A DNA stretch of 64,000 nucleotides from an uncultured Sphingobacteriales bacterium (GCA_937991535.1 CALKHN010000013.1:1-64000); one strand, 5' to 3'; numbered from the stretch's first letter, positions 1 to 10,862 are shown. Program-made: numbers and translations. Notes: generated by a model from the letters alone, not told the origin.

Positions 1-59
1 CACAAAGGGATACAGCCATTTTTAACCCGATTTTAGTCGGACAACAATGATTTTAAAAT

Positions 60-100
60 AGTTATTGAAAAATAAAAACTAACACTTATCTTTGCGCATC
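60..100 (+). promoter_or_regulatory. Putative Bacteroidota-type promoter (TAtcTTTG -7-like element at ~88-95) with a ~125 nt 5' UTR for the RRM protein gene
   Basis: The sequence cttaTCTTTGcg matches the TAnnTTTG -7 consensus of Bacteroidetes sigma-A promoters. A long untranslated leader precedes the ATG at 227. Confidence 0.3.
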
Positions 101-226
101 GAATTTGAGTTTGTACAGTTCCGGTAATGAAATGATTCAATCTGCTACGCATCTTCTGCTAATAGTTCAGTCGTCTTTACTTCCCTGTTTTCTCAGATTT
201 ACATTTGTAAAATTTAATCACTTAGT

Positions 227-538
227 ATGAACATTTATGTTTCCAATTTAAGTTTCAACGTCGTAGACGAGGACTTAAAAGCTTTTTTTGAAGAATACGG
301 AGAAGTATCTTCTGCCAGAGTTATTACCGACAAATTTACCGGCCGCAGCCGTGGATTTGGCTTTGTTGAAATGCCTATTGACGAAGAAGCTAAAAAAGCG
401 ATCAGCGAATTAGACAAAGGCGTTGTTGAAGGCAGGCCAATCACTGTTACAGAAGCCAAGCCGCGTGAAGAACGCAGCAATGATGGCGGTAACAGGCGTT
501 CATTTGCAGGCAGCAACCGTGGTGGCGGTCGCTACTAA
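227..538 (+). CDS. RNA-binding protein with RRM domain and glycine/arginine-rich C-terminus
   Basis: RNP-1-like motif RGFGFVEM and RNP-2-like IYVSNL, followed by an RGG-rich tail. ATG start. Confidence 0.85.
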   Translation: MNIYVSNLSFNVVDEDLKAFFEEYGEVSSARVITDKFTGRSRGFGFVEMPIDEEAKKAISELDKGVVEGRPITVTEAKPREERSNDGGNRRSFAGSNRGGGRY

Positions 539-632
539 GATGTTATCTTCCCCGGCTGTTTAACCACGCCAGGAAAATGTCTTTTAAAGGGAGAACAAAT
601 CGTTGTACAACAATATGTTCTCCCTTTATTTT

Positions 633-1964
633 TTATAACCGGGGAATGGTATATCCGTTATGATAAGCCTTTGACAGGTATTCTTTGTTTACAGCATCAT
701 CTGTAAATTTTCCCGCGGCTTTATCCCAGGCCAAACGTTTTCCGCTACGAAATGCGATATTGCCCATCTGCGCTACTATAGCCACATCGGCGCCTACCTG
801 TATCGGGGCAGTTAACGCTCCTATTTTCCCGGAACGAATTACTGACATGAAATTCTGCATATGTTTGTCGAGCCCGTTTTCGGAAGGATTACTATGCGGC
901 TTACTTACCTTATTTTTCGAATTTTTTTCTTCCATTACTTCCCATCCTCCCCGGTCTAATACAAGGGTACCATTATTGCCTACAAAGGCAATGCCATGGT
1001 CGCGGCCGTACTGTCCGTTATCAATACCCATAGCATGGTCCCAAACCATATTAAAATTTTCAAACTCGTATAATGTGGTAAGCGTATCAGGGGTCTCTTC
1101 GGCCAATTCGGGATAAGCAAACCGGCCCCCCAAAGCCATAACCGTTTTAGGCACATCGGCCTTCATACCAAAGAGCGCATAATCTATAAGATGTACACCC
1201 CAGTCTGTCATCAATCCTCCTGCATAGTCCCAAAACCAGCGAAAATTAAAATGAAAACGGCTTGCATTGAACGGTTTTTTAGGCGCAGGCCCCAGCCATC
1301 CGGCATAATCCACTCCCGCCGGCGGAGCAGTATTGGGACGAACAATATCGGGCTTCATCCATCCCTGGTAGCACCAAACTTTAGCCGTACGAATATTGCC
1401 CAACTGCCCGGAATGTACAAATTCAATAGCATCCCGGAAATGCTGCTGGCTTCTTTGCCACTGACCTACCTGAACAACGCTGTTGTATTTCTTTTGTGCG
1501 GCCACCATCACATTGCACTCTGTAACAGAATTGCCGATAGGTTTTTCAACATATACATGTTTGCCCGCCTGGCAAGCTTCTACCATTTGTAAACAATGCC
1601 AGTGATCGGGTGTACCTATAATTACCGCATCAATATCCTTGTTTTCCAAAAGTTTGCGGTAATCTCCGTAGGTTTTTACTTTGGCTGCATCTACATTCAG
1701 TGCAGCCAGCTCTTTTAAGCGTTTCTCCAGCACATTTTTATCTACATCACACAATGCCACGAGGTTTACACCCGGCACTTTTAAAGCGGCTTTCAGGTCC
1801 GACCAGCCCATTCCGTTGATGCCTATTGCGCCAATATTGATCTGGTCGGCGGCCATTACTCCCTTTTTATGAAATGCAAATACGTTGGGAGAGAGTGCAG
1901 ATAATATAAGCCCGCCGGCTGCTATGCGTGACCCGTTGGTCAAAAATTTTCTTCTGCTGGACAT
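633..1964 (-). CDS. Gfo/Idh/MocA family oxidoreductase with twin-arginine (TAT) signal
   Basis: N-terminal SRRKFL TAT motif. GAIGINGMG Rossmann motif typical of Gfo/Idh/MocA. Confidence 0.8.
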   Translation of the reverse strand: MSSRRKFLTNGSRIAAGGLILSALSPNVFAFHKKGVMAADQINIGAIGINGMGWSDLKAALKVPGVNLVALCDVDKNVLEKRLKELAALNVDAAKVKTYGDYRKLLENKDIDAVIIGTPDHWHCLQMVEACQAGKHVYVEKPIGNSVTECNVMVAAQKKYNSVVQVGQWQRSQQHFRDAIEFVHSGQLGNIRTAKVWCYQGWMKPDIVRPNTAPPAGVDYAGWLGPAPKKPFNASRFHFNFRWFWDYAGGLMTDWGVHLIDYALFGMKADVPKTVMALGGRFAYPELAEETPDTLTTLYEFENFNMVWDHAMGIDNGQYGRDHGIAFVGNNGTLVLDRGGWEVMEEKNSKNKVSKPHSNPSENGLDKHMQNFMSVIRSGKIGALTAPIQVGADVAIVAQMGNIAFRSGKRLAWDKAAGKFTDDAVNKEYLSKAYHNGYTIPRL

Positions 1965-2002
1965 ATATCTGTTGTTTTATAAAAAATTGATTAAATGAAG
2001 AA

Positions 2003-2854
2003 TCAGCCAACCAGGTTTTTACTGATGTATTTAAAGCTTTTTTCGATGCTTTCCAAGGGCGGGCCGGGGCATACATCCTGCTCTACGAAATAATGTTTCA
2101 TCCCGGAGGCTTTAGCATGTGCAAATATTCTCTTAAAGTCTATAACGCCATTACCCACTTCCGTAAAAAATCTTTTATCAGTGTTATCCATATCTTTTAC
2201 GTGCCAGAGCGGGAAGCGCCCGGGATGCTGCCTGAACATTTCTACCGGATCTTTTCCTGCAAAACCGGCCCAATACAAATCCAGCTCAAATTTTACCAGT
2301 TTCGGATCAGTTTCTTTTAGCAATATATCAAAGCCGTGCTCACCATTCATATCCACGAATTCAAAATCATGATTATGATAACCAAATTGTAAACCCGCTT
2401 TTTTACAGGCTTCTGCCGCTACGTTAAACTGAGCGGCAATTTTTTTATAATCGTCTATGGATTTTCGCTCCGTATCTAATAAATAAGCCACCACCATGTA
2501 TTTCTGTCCCGCAACTACAGCATCGTCAATTGCTTTTTGCCAGTTCCCGCCCAGGCTTGCCAGCATATAATGACTGCTGGGGTGCGCAAGTCTGTTTGCT
2601 TTCAATAAAGCGGCAAATTCCTTTGGTGCCATTCCAAAATATTTTCCGGAATTATAGCCAAAAGATTCAACTTCTTTGTAGCCTATCGCCGCCACTTTTT
2701 CAATGACGGCTTTTGGATCTTTTGATATATCCCCGCGGAGCGTATAGAGTTGCACTCCTATTTGCTTATTTACTTTAAGAAGAAAGGAAGGGGTTGCAAA
2801 AGCGGCAATTGAGAATAAGCCGGCTTGTTTGATAAATGTTCTTCGGGTGGTCAT
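2003..2854 (-). CDS. Sugar phosphate isomerase/epimerase (xylose isomerase-like TIM barrel) with TAT signal
   Basis: N-terminal TRRTFIKQAGL TAT-like signal. Length and HxD/E pattern consistent with the AP-endonuclease-2/xylose isomerase-like fold. Confidence 0.65.
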   Translation of the reverse strand: MTTRRTFIKQAGLFSIAAFATPSFLLKVNKQIGVQLYTLRGDISKDPKAVIEKVAAIGYKEVESFGYNSGKYFGMAPKEFAALLKANRLAHPSSHYMLASLGGNWQKAIDDAVVAGQKYMVVAYLLDTERKSIDDYKKIAAQFNVAAEACKKAGLQFGYHNHDFEFVDMNGEHGFDILLKETDPKLVKFELDLYWAGFAGKDPVEMFRQHPGRFPLWHVKDMDNTDKRFFTEVGNGVIDFKRIFAHAKASGMKHYFVEQDVCPGPPLESIEKSFKYISKNLVG

Positions 2855-2945
2855 GGCAAGTGTGGTTTTAAGGAAATGAAATTAAGGAAAAAAATCAGAC
2901 CCATCTCCGCTTAAAAACATTTCGGCTACGAAAGTGCAACATTGA

Positions 2946-3380
2946 TCAGGTATGGGTACAATCACTTTCGTGGCAATGACCTGCTCTGCGGCACAACCGG
3001 TAATTAATGTAGTGCGCGGCAACAATCAAAATAACGGCAGGAACCAGGAACCATATATGATAGTTGTGAAACAACTCTTTTAGCAGGAGAAAGGAAATCC
3101 CGGCGCTAAAAAAAACTACGGGCAGCGTTTTATGATGATGTTTTTTATACCCGTGGTATAAAGCATACATACCAACAACAAAGGCTAACCCTATCATACC
3201 ATATTCGAAGAAATAATTGTGGATAATATCAATCCCCAAAACCGGTAAACTGGTAAGCATTAAAGGTAATATAGCACAATGAATGGCACAGGCCAGTGAA
3301 GCAGTAATACCAAGGGCATCGTAATTGATCCTGAACATACTTATAGTTAAAATGGCTGCAAATGTATAAAAATTATGCAA
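2946..3380 (-). CDS. MerC-family membrane protein
   Basis: Four predicted TM helices. ACAIHCAILPL motif as in MerC-domain proteins. Commonly adjacent to Fur-family regulators in Bacteroidota. Confidence 0.5.
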   Translation of the reverse strand: MHNFYTFAAILTISMFRINYDALGITASLACAIHCAILPLMLTSLPVLGIDIIHNYFFEYGMIGLAFVVGMYALYHGYKKHHHKTLPVVFFSAGISFLLLKELFHNYHIWFLVPAVILIVAAHYINYRLCRRAGHCHESDCTHT

Positions 3381-3494
3381 CTTTGTTGCATTTAAAAATT
3401 AGAATAAAATTCCAACCCTATGGAGGCATTTTATTATAAGGCGGGAACATACCACTTACAGTTGTAACTTTGCACAGCATTAAATTGTTATTGT

Positions 3495-4109
3495 ATGAAG
3501 CGGAAAACGTGGCTGTATCTGATCTTTTTTGTTTTACTTTTTGGTGGATTTTATGCTTTTTTATACGCTACTATAGATTCTTCAAAGTCGCGTTTGCCTG
3601 TTTTGAATATAGTTAAACCTTTTTCGTTCGAGCGGCAGGATGGACAACATATAACCGGAAAAGATGTGTCCGGCAAAGTATATGCTGCAGAATTCTTTTT
3701 TACAACCTGTGAGGGTATTTGTCCTAAAATGAACAGGAATATGAAAAAGGTATTCGATCAGTTTAAAAATGAAAAAGATTTCCTGATCCTTTCGCATACG
3801 GTTGATCCGGAAACGGATAGTGTGGCACGGTTAAAAGTTTATGCCGATTCATTGGGAGCCGATATTAAAAGCTGGTGGTTTTTAACCGGAAGCAAAGACA
3901 GTTTATACAGAACTGCCAGAGAAAGCTATATTTTAGATGACCCGAAGAATAATGCAACCAATATTGATGAACAATTTATACATACACAATTTTTTGCATT
4001 AGTTGATAAAATCGGACAGGTAAGAGGAATTTATGATGGACTAAAAAAAGACGAAATTGAAAAGCTGATCACTGACATTAAGGATTTACTAAACGAGAAT
4101 CCACAGTAG
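3495..4109 (+). CDS. SCO1/SenC family copper chaperone (thioredoxin-like)
   Basis: N-terminal TM segment and CEGICP (CxxxC) motif characteristic of the SCO family. Confidence 0.75.
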   Translation: MKRKTWLYLIFFVLLFGGFYAFLYATIDSSKSRLPVLNIVKPFSFERQDGQHITGKDVSGKVYAAEFFFTTCEGICPKMNRNMKKVFDQFKNEKDFLILSHTVDPETDSVARLKVYADSLGADIKSWWFLTGSKDSLYRTARESYILDDPKNNATNIDEQFIHTQFFALVDKIGQVRGIYDGLKKDEIEKLITDIKDLLNENPQ

Positions 4110-4167
4110 CCAGGTTCGGCATGCCCGTGTAATATCATTTAAATGCTATTTTTCTAAACAAAAAGAT

Positions 4168-4584
4168 ATGGAACCGCATATAGCACATTTATTAAAGAAA
4201 AACCAGTTAAGTATAACAGACAGCAGAAGAAAAATACTGGAACTCTTTTTACAAAGCGACAGCGCATTGGCACATCACGATATAGAATCAAAAACGGAAG
4301 AAAAATATGACAGGGTAACGGTATACCGCACCCTGCAGACATTTATGGAAAAAGGTATTATCCATACCATTCCTACTCCTGATAATTCTATTAAATACGC
4401 TTTATGTAAAGACAATTGTGAACAGGGTCACCACCATGATGATCATGTACATTTTATCTGCACCAGTTGCGGCACAACTTGCTGCCTCGAAGATGTGCAT
4501 GTGCCGGAAATTAAATTACCACGCGGATACAAAACCCGTCAGACAGAAGTTGTTGTAAGTGGTTTATGCAAAGCATGCAGTTGA
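4168..4584 (+). CDS. Fur family transcriptional regulator
   Basis: Winged-helix N-terminus. HHHDDHVHFICTSCG and C-terminal CxxC metal sites. Confidence 0.8.
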   Translation: MEPHIAHLLKKNQLSITDSRRKILELFLQSDSALAHHDIESKTEEKYDRVTVYRTLQTFMEKGIIHTIPTPDNSIKYALCKDNCEQGHHHDDHVHFICTSCGTTCCLEDVHVPEIKLPRGYKTRQTEVVVSGLCKACS

Positions 4585-4601
4585 AAAATTGAAATGGACA
4601 T

Positions 4602-5624
4602 ATGCAAAACCCTAATTTAAATACTGATAAAGCGGCACTGACTCCGATTGAAAAAGAATTTGAAAATAATATACGCCCTAATGAAATTGCAGACTTTAGC
4701 GGACAGGATAAGGTTATTGAAAATATCAAAATTTTTATCAAAGCAGCAAGGATCAGAGGTGAAGCCCTAGATCATATTCTTTTTCACGGACCACCAGGCC
4801 TGGGTAAAACTACCTTAAGCCGCATCGTGGCCAATGAACTGGGGGTACATATTAAAGAAACTTCCGGCCCTGTAATTGAAAAACCCGCCGACCTTGCCGG
4901 TTTGCTTACTAACCTTCAACCCAACGATGTATTGTTTATAGATGAAATACACCGCCTCAGCACTGTAGTGGAAGAATATCTTTATTCTGCCATGGAAGAT
5001 TATCGCATTGACATAATGATAGATACCGGACCCAATGCCCGTAGTATACAAATCAACCTCAATCCTTTTACATTAATTGGCGCTACAACACGAAGCGGGC
5101 TGCTAACTGCACCTCTTCTTTCGCGTTTTGCAATTAAATCCAGGCTTGAATATTACGATGCAGAAATACTAAAAAAAATAATTGCGCGGTCGGCCGGAAT
5201 ATTACAGATTGGTATATCCGATGAAGCAGCAAAAGAAATTGCAGGACGGAGCAGGGGAACGCCGCGAATTGCCAATGGCCTGTTGAGGCGGGTTAGGGAT
5301 TTTGCGCAGGTATTAAATGATGGTGTTATAGATGAAGGCATAACACAGCATGCATTGAAAGCCTTAAATGTGGATACGTATGGGCTTGATGAAATGGACA
5401 ACCGGATTCTTTCCACCATCATTGAAAAGTTTAAGGGTGGCCCGGTGGGTATTACTACCATCGCCACGGCTGTTGGTGAAGAGCAGGGTACATTAGAAGA
5501 AGTATATGAACCTTTTTTAATTCAACAGGGGTTTATTATGCGCACTTCAAGAGGCAGGGAAGCTACCCCGAAGGCTTATGAGCATTTAGGAAAAATTTTT
5601 TCCGGAAAGAACCTTTTATTTTAG
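4602..5624 (+). CDS. ruvB: Holliday junction branch migration DNA helicase RuvB
   Basis: Walker [10 protein letters not shown]. The remaining sequence matches the AAA+ RuvB pattern throughout. Confidence 0.95.
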   Translation: MQNPNLNTDKAALTPIEKEFENNIRPNEIADFSGQDKVIENIKIFIKAARIRGEALDHILFHGPPGLGKTTLSRIVANELGVHIKETSGPVIEKPADLAGLLTNLQPNDVLFIDEIHRLSTVVEEYLYSAMEDYRIDIMIDTGPNARSIQINLNPFTLIGATTRSGLLTAPLLSRFAIKSRLEYYDAEILKKIIARSAGILQIGISDEAAKEIAGRSRGTPRIANGLLRRVRDFAQVLNDGVIDEGITQHALKALNVDTYGLDEMDNRILSTIIEKFKGGPVGITTIATAVGEEQGTLEEVYEPFLIQQGFIMRTSRGREATPKAYEHLGKIFSGKNLLF

Positions 5625-5739
5625 CAATTAAATAAAATGCCGGCTGTTACGTTTAACTGTAAATGGTATGACATTTGCAAAAGAAGGTTATCCTTAAGTC
5701 CTTCACAAGAAGCCCCTGATACCATTTTAATTAAACGCA

Positions 5740-6168
5740 ATGGATAAAAAAACACTTATCAACTCTAAGGACGGAAGAACAGTAAGATACAGGGAACAGG
5801 ACCCTCTTGTAATGGTAGTAGATAACGACCCCGACACCATAGTGTTGATTTCCGCTTTGTTAAAAAACATGGGATATAGAGTGATAGAAGCATCGAATGG
5901 CGAAAAAGCATTGAAGCTATTGGGAGCGTATAGCCCTGAAATAATTTTCATGGATGTGAATATGCCCGTTATGGATGGATATACGGCTGCCAGACACATC
6001 CGGCAAATGCCCGCTCCCTTCCATTCAATTCCTATTATTGCCCTGGTGGCAGATGCCGGGAGATCAGATTATGAAAAATGCAGGGCGGTGGGCATGGACG
6101 ATTATATTTCAAAGCCTTTCCGACTGGAAGAAATTCAGGGGAAATTAAATCTTCCTCCGGCAGCATAG
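5740..6168 (+). CDS. Stand-alone response regulator receiver domain protein
   Basis: Receiver-domain acidic pocket (VVDND...D), conserved MDGY and K. No output domain. Confidence 0.8.
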   Translation: MDKKTLINSKDGRTVRYREQDPLVMVVDNDPDTIVLISALLKNMGYRVIEASNGEKALKLLGAYSPEIIFMDVNMPVMDGYTAARHIRQMPAPFHSIPIIALVADAGRSDYEKCRAVGMDDYISKPFRLEEIQGKLNLPPAA

Positions 6169-6230
6169 TTTTACCTTGCAACCTTTTGCGCCGGTAATCG
6201 TCAATAATATGTTCACTTTTTAATAGCCAA

Positions 6231-6524
6231 ATGACCACAACACAAAAGCAACCATCTATATTGATTTGTATTATAATGGACTTACTTGGGTATGCCAGTT
6301 ATGCCCTGCCGTTTTTAGGTGAATTTGGAGATATAATTTGGGCTCCTGTATCAGGATTAATCTTTTATAAATTATTTGGTGGGTGGAAAGGTGCGACAGG
6401 CGGCATTTTTAATTTCGTAGAGGAGCTTTTTCCGGGTCTGGACTTTATCCCCAGTTTTACGATAATGTGGCTCATTAAATTCCTTGGCAAAAAGCAACAG
6501 ATTAAATCTATCCAACCCATATAA
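6231..6524 (+). CDS. Small membrane protein (DUF4112-like)
   Basis: 97 aa with two hydrophobic helices. Resemblance to DUF4112 is from memory only. Confidence 0.45.
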   Translation: MTTTQKQPSILICIIMDLLGYASYALPFLGEFGDIIWAPVSGLIFYKLFGGWKGATGGIFNFVEELFPGLDFIPSFTIMWLIKFLGKKQQIKSIQPI

Positions 6525-6560
6525 AGCTACGGCGCTTCAATTTGGTTGAAGCGCTATTTT

Positions 6561-7220
6561 TTACCCCAAAAACCAGTACGCCATCCATTGACTTAAAAAG
6601 CCTGCAATCAATCCAAATACAATATCTCCCATCCGGTGATCGGAAACAATAAGACGTGAGGTACAGATTAGTCCTGAAATAAAAATGGCAATTGCCAGGG
6701 GAATATTTACAAAACCGGAAGAAGTATATAACAGTACAGTAAATAAACCCATTAAACCGCCGGCGCCTGTTGCATGCATGCTTATTTTAAAAAAAATATT
6801 CGCAACAAAATCAATGATCACAGCAAGAAAAATACCAAGGCTCATTTGAGCCATAATTACGGGTATACCCGGTTTATTCCTAAACACATAAAAGGTCCAG
6901 AAAAAAAAGACCATACTTATGGCATACAGTATAATCCTTTCTTTCTGTGTTTTGAGATAAACAGACTGAACGAAACCCAATGCTTTACATAAAAGCACAG
7001 ATAACAGAGGAAAAAAGATACTATTAATAATATAAATAAAAAGCACCTGCGTTTTCGCCAGTACATTCATTCCAATAAAATATTCGGGATCAATGTAAAC
7101 AAGGTAAATGGCCATATATAATCCAACCAGCAATGGATGGAAAAGCCAGGAAATAAAATGAGCGCCTGTTCTTACCACCGGTAATACAGTGGCGGTATCA
7201 GGCGCAAAGTGGCTATTCAT
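6561..7220 (-). CDS. PAP2 superfamily phosphatase (membrane)
   Basis: Multi-TM protein with the motifs SMHATGAG (PSGH-like) and SRLIVSDHRMGD (SRx5Hx3D). Confidence 0.6.
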   Translation of the reverse strand: MNSHFAPDTATVLPVVRTGAHFISWLFHPLLVGLYMAIYLVYIDPEYFIGMNVLAKTQVLFIYIINSIFFPLLSVLLCKALGFVQSVYLKTQKERIILYAISMVFFFWTFYVFRNKPGIPVIMAQMSLGIFLAVIIDFVANIFFKISMHATGAGGLMGLFTVLLYTSSGFVNIPLAIAIFISGLICTSRLIVSDHRMGDIVFGLIAGFLSQWMAYWFLG

Positions 7221-8701
7221 AATTGTTTTCTTAAGCGTGCTACCGGAATATTCATCTGTTCCCGGTATTTGGCTACTGTTCTCCGGGCAATATTATATCC
7301 TTTCTGTTGCAGCAATTCTGTAAGCCGTTCATCACTCAGCGGTTTTTTCTTGCTTTCTCCTTCTACCATATCACTTAATATTTTCTTTACCTCCCGTGTA
7401 GAAACTTCTTCACCACTGTCTGTACTCAAAGATTCGCTAAAAAAGAATTTAAGCCGGTATGTACCAAATTCTGTTTGTACAAATTTGCTGTTCGCCACCC
7501 GGCTTACCGTGGAAATATCCAATCCCGTACGTTCGGCAATATCTTTTAAAATCATCGGCTTTAACGTGGTTTCATCACCTGTAAGAAAAAATTCATACTG
7601 GTAATCCATTATAGCATGCATGGTAGTAAACAAGGTGTTTTGTCGTTGCTTAATAGCATCAATAAACCACTTGGCAGCATCAATTTTCTGTTTAATAAAA
7701 ATGACCGCTTCTTTCTGCCGTTTATCCTTTTTACTTCCCCGGTCATATTCTTTAAGCATATCTCTGTAACCCTCGCTGATACGCAGATCCGGCGCATTCT
7801 TCGAATTAAGTGTGAGTTCCAGTTTATTGGTATTATTATGAATAAAGAAGTCGGGAATAATATAGCTTTCTCCTTTATTGGTGTCGCCTACATTTCCCCC
7901 TGGTTTAGGATTAAGCCGGATGATTTGATTAATAGCAAGCTTAAGATCTTCGTCTGTCAGGTTTAACCCTCTTTGTATCTTTTCGTAATGTTTTTTGGTA
8001 AACTCATCAAAGTAATCCGAAAGTATACTGATCGCAATATCCACTTCCCGGCCGTCTTGTCTTTTCCGTTCCAACTGCAACAGAAGGCATTCTCTTAAAT
8101 CCCGTGCACCTATTCCGGGCGGATCAAACCGCTGTATCTCTTTTACCAGCAAAGCTATTTCTTCTTCAGTAGCAGCAATATTCTGCCGGAAAGCCAAATC
8201 ATCTGTAATGGCTCCAAAATCTCTTCTTAAATATCCGTCATCATCTATACTTCCCACTATATGCTCCGCAATTTTTCTTTGCTTTTCATCCAAATTCAGC
8301 ATACTGAGCTGTTCCAGCAAAGATTCATGAAAAGTACTTTCAATTTTAAAGGGCAGTGTTTGTTTTTCGTCAATTTCCGGGTAGTTCTCGTCTTTCAACC
8401 TGTAATCAGCTACATCATCATCTTCGCCCACATATTCACTTATATCAATATTATCATATTCATCCTCACTGCCTTCTGCCTCAAAATCGTCCTCTTTATC
8501 ACTTTCAAATTCATCAATCAGTTCTCCCTCGCCGGCATCGTTGTCTTCCTCATTTGCCTCAAGCGCAGGATTTTCTTCCATCTCTTCTTTAATTCTTTCT
8601 TCAAGGTTGGCAGTAGGAACCTGCAGCAATTTCATGAGTTGAATTTGCTGGGGTGATAGTTTTTGTAACAGCTTTTGTTGTAAACTCTGACTCAGAGCCA
8701 T
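7217..8701 (-). CDS. rpoN: RNA polymerase sigma-54 factor RpoN
   Basis: C-terminal RpoN box ARRTVAKYREQMNIP, an acidic region and a Gln-rich N-terminus. Start chosen at MALSQSLQQKL (ATG at 8701) rather than the ORF-track start at 8761. Confidence 0.9.
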   Translation of the reverse strand: MALSQSLQQKLLQKLSPQQIQLMKLLQVPTANLEERIKEEMEENPALEANEEDNDAGEGELIDEFESDKEDDFEAEGSEDEYDNIDISEYVGEDDDVADYRLKDENYPEIDEKQTLPFKIESTFHESLLEQLSMLNLDEKQRKIAEHIVGSIDDDGYLRRDFGAITDDLAFRQNIAATEEEIALLVKEIQRFDPPGIGARDLRECLLLQLERKRQDGREVDIAISILSDYFDEFTKKHYEKIQRGLNLTDEDLKLAINQIIRLNPKPGGNVGDTNKGESYIIPDFFIHNNTNKLELTLNSKNAPDLRISEGYRDMLKEYDRGSKKDKRQKEAVIFIKQKIDAAKWFIDAIKQRQNTLFTTMHAIMDYQYEFFLTGDETTLKPMILKDIAERTGLDISTVSRVANSKFVQTEFGTYRLKFFFSESLSTDSGEEVSTREVKKILSDMVEGESKKKPLSDERLTELLQQKGYNIARRTVAKYREQMNIPVARLRKQL

Positions 8702-9170
8702 AGTCGAATATATAATTATTGGAAACCCCGTAAATAATTTGAAAAAATGATGCGCCTCCACAAAAATCAGGCCGTAAATTTAAGTACAAAACGTATTAAC
8801 ATCACTTATATCGCTTTGTTTTATTTGGATGTTAACAATTCTTTCTTATTTGAACCGGTCATTTCATCACTTTAACCGGACTGGCATCACCTTGCAAAAG
8901 ACAACCGGAGGGAACAAACCAGGGTTGAAGCAATACGCGATAATAAGCATTTCCAACCTACATTTTACAATTGTATGATCACCCAGCTAACACTAAATTT
9001 CTTCTTCTGCCGTTTATTTAAAAAAGGAGTTTTGTAATTGACCGGCATTTCCGTATGCACCTAAAACCGGTTCTTTTATTTTTGAGCAAACATTTAATTT
9101 TAGCGTGGAAATTTTATATTTAGGCCTGGCACTTTTGAATGTATAAACCCGATGCTGTAAATAACAGATT

Positions 9171-9941
9171 ATGAACCCGAGGCCGCTTGCAAACATATCT
9201 ATACTGCTGGTAGAAGACAACGAAATGAACACGCTTTTAGCGTCAGCTATAATACAGGGAACTGGTGCAAAAGTTACGGAAGCCGACAATGGTATGGATG
9301 CTGTACAACTTTTGCGAAACCGCCCTTTTGACCTGGTATTAATGGATTTGCATCTGCCGGTAATGGATGGGTTTGAAACAACGAGGTACATCAGAAAAAA
9401 TCTTTCCCAAACCATTCCCATAATCGCTATAACCGCCAATGTAGTTAATGGAGAAGAAGAAAAATGTTTAGAAGCCGGGATGAACGGATTTATTTCAAAG
9501 CCTTATACAGAAAAAGATTTGCTTGATAAAATTTCAACCTGTATTCCTTTTAAAAATGGTATGGCCGAAAAATTTGTTCCAGCAACTGCTAACCCGGACG
9601 CTGCTCTTTACAGCCTGTCTTTCCTTAAAGATGTTAGTAAAGGAAACCGGGATATATTGCAACAAATGATTCTTGTGTTTACTGAACAGGTGTCTTTGGC
9701 GGTAAATGAGCTAAAAATTGCGTATAACAGTCACAGTTACGGTGAAATGTATGCTATTGCACATCGCATAAAGCCTGATATTGATAATCTGAATATAACT
9801 TCGCTGAAAGACAATATCAGGGAAATTGAGGTGTTTGCAGAACAAAAGAAGGATGGGCCGCTCCTTAAAAATCTTATTGTTAACCTGGATAATACAATTC
9901 AGCAAGTAGTGAAGGAATTAAAAGTAAATGTGCTGTTATAG
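9171..9941 (+). CDS. Response regulator receiver domain fused to a C-terminal HPt (histidine phosphotransfer) domain
   Basis: Receiver motifs (LLVEDN, MDLHLPVMDG, K105) plus an HPt-like helix with AIAHRIKPD. Confidence 0.7.
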   Translation: MNPRPLANISILLVEDNEMNTLLASAIIQGTGAKVTEADNGMDAVQLLRNRPFDLVLMDLHLPVMDGFETTRYIRKNLSQTIPIIAITANVVNGEEEKCLEAGMNGFISKPYTEKDLLDKISTCIPFKNGMAEKFVPATANPDAALYSLSFLKDVSKGNRDILQQMILVFTEQVSLAVNELKIAYNSHSYGEMYAIAHRIKPDIDNLNITSLKDNIREIEVFAEQKKDGPLLKNLIVNLDNTIQQVVKELKVNVLL

Positions 9942-10025
9942 CAATCTCCCCTTCCAGGCATAAGATTTAGTCTGGCAATTGCGTTATTACATTCTTTTAT
10001 CTATATTTATTGAATATTCATTTTT

Positions 10026-10862
10026 ATGAACGAGTTCGATAAGCTTAATGATGAAGAACGCCTGAAAGCAGAAAACGAATTTCTGAAAATGAAGCTTATG
10101 CTGGAAAACGGCGCCGAATTTCAAAAAACAGAAGATGGCGCCCACCTGTCTCCGCAGATAGAAAACGAATTTCTTAATTATATCCAGGCATTTGAGAAGC
10201 AATCCCAAAATCCAAAGTATATCAAAGTTTTTGATAAGATAGGGCGGCCAACTCAGTTTAAGCCGGTATCAGAAATACCTGATGATGAGATAGGCGAGGC
10301 CTGGGAAATGCTGCAGGAATATTTACACCAGTACCATATCAGCTTAAGCGCATGCAGCCCTAATATTTGTGTGCGTGAATTATATCGCTTTACCACCGAA
10401 GAATTGTTTGACCATGAAATGAGTGATATGGATATACCCGGTATAACGCATGGATTTATTTATGATGAATTTTACCCCGATCACCAGTACGATAATACCA
10501 GATATGCTGTTGATGACTGCATAGCATGCATACTTAAAAAAACGCCGTTTGACTATATGCCCTGCTTCCGGAACGAGAACCTCCGGCTAAACAATCATTA
10601 TCCACTTTCAGAAGATGGATTTAAATTGCTGGTGAACAGGTTTAAAGAAGCATACGATACAATGGAAGATATTGAAATCAGCAATGGGTTGTGTACCATC
10701 AACGACAAGGCCTGCATTGTAAAAGGCAACTATGCATTAACCGCATCAGTACACAATGATGCGGAAAACTTAAAAGGAAACTGGGAAGTTTGTTTTGAGT
10801 TGAATGAAGAATTCGGCTATTGGTATGTTTGGAATGTACAAATAGAAGGCATTCATTTTTAA
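10026..10862 (+). CDS. Hypothetical protein
   Basis: 278 aa ORF with no recognisable motif. Confidence 0.4.
   Translation: MNEFDKLNDEERLKAENEFLKMKLMLENGAEFQKTEDGAHLSPQIENEFLNYIQAFEKQSQNPKYIKVFDKIGRPTQFKPVSEIPDDEIGEAWEMLQEYLHQYHISLSACSPNICVRELYRFTTEELFDHEMSDMDIPGITHGFIYDEFYPDHQYDNTRYAVDDCIACILKKTPFDYMPCFRNENLRLNNHYPLSEDGFKLLVNRFKEAYDTMEDIEISNGLCTINDKACIVKGNYALTASVHNDAENLKGNWEVCFELNEEFGYWYVWNVQIEGIHF

Noticed and set aside
8882-8900. Sigma-54 promoter TGGCATcaccTTGCA upstream of the receiver-HPt gene
   Set aside because: GG to GC spacing is 9 rather than the required 10 nt. No enhancer-binding protein is nearby.
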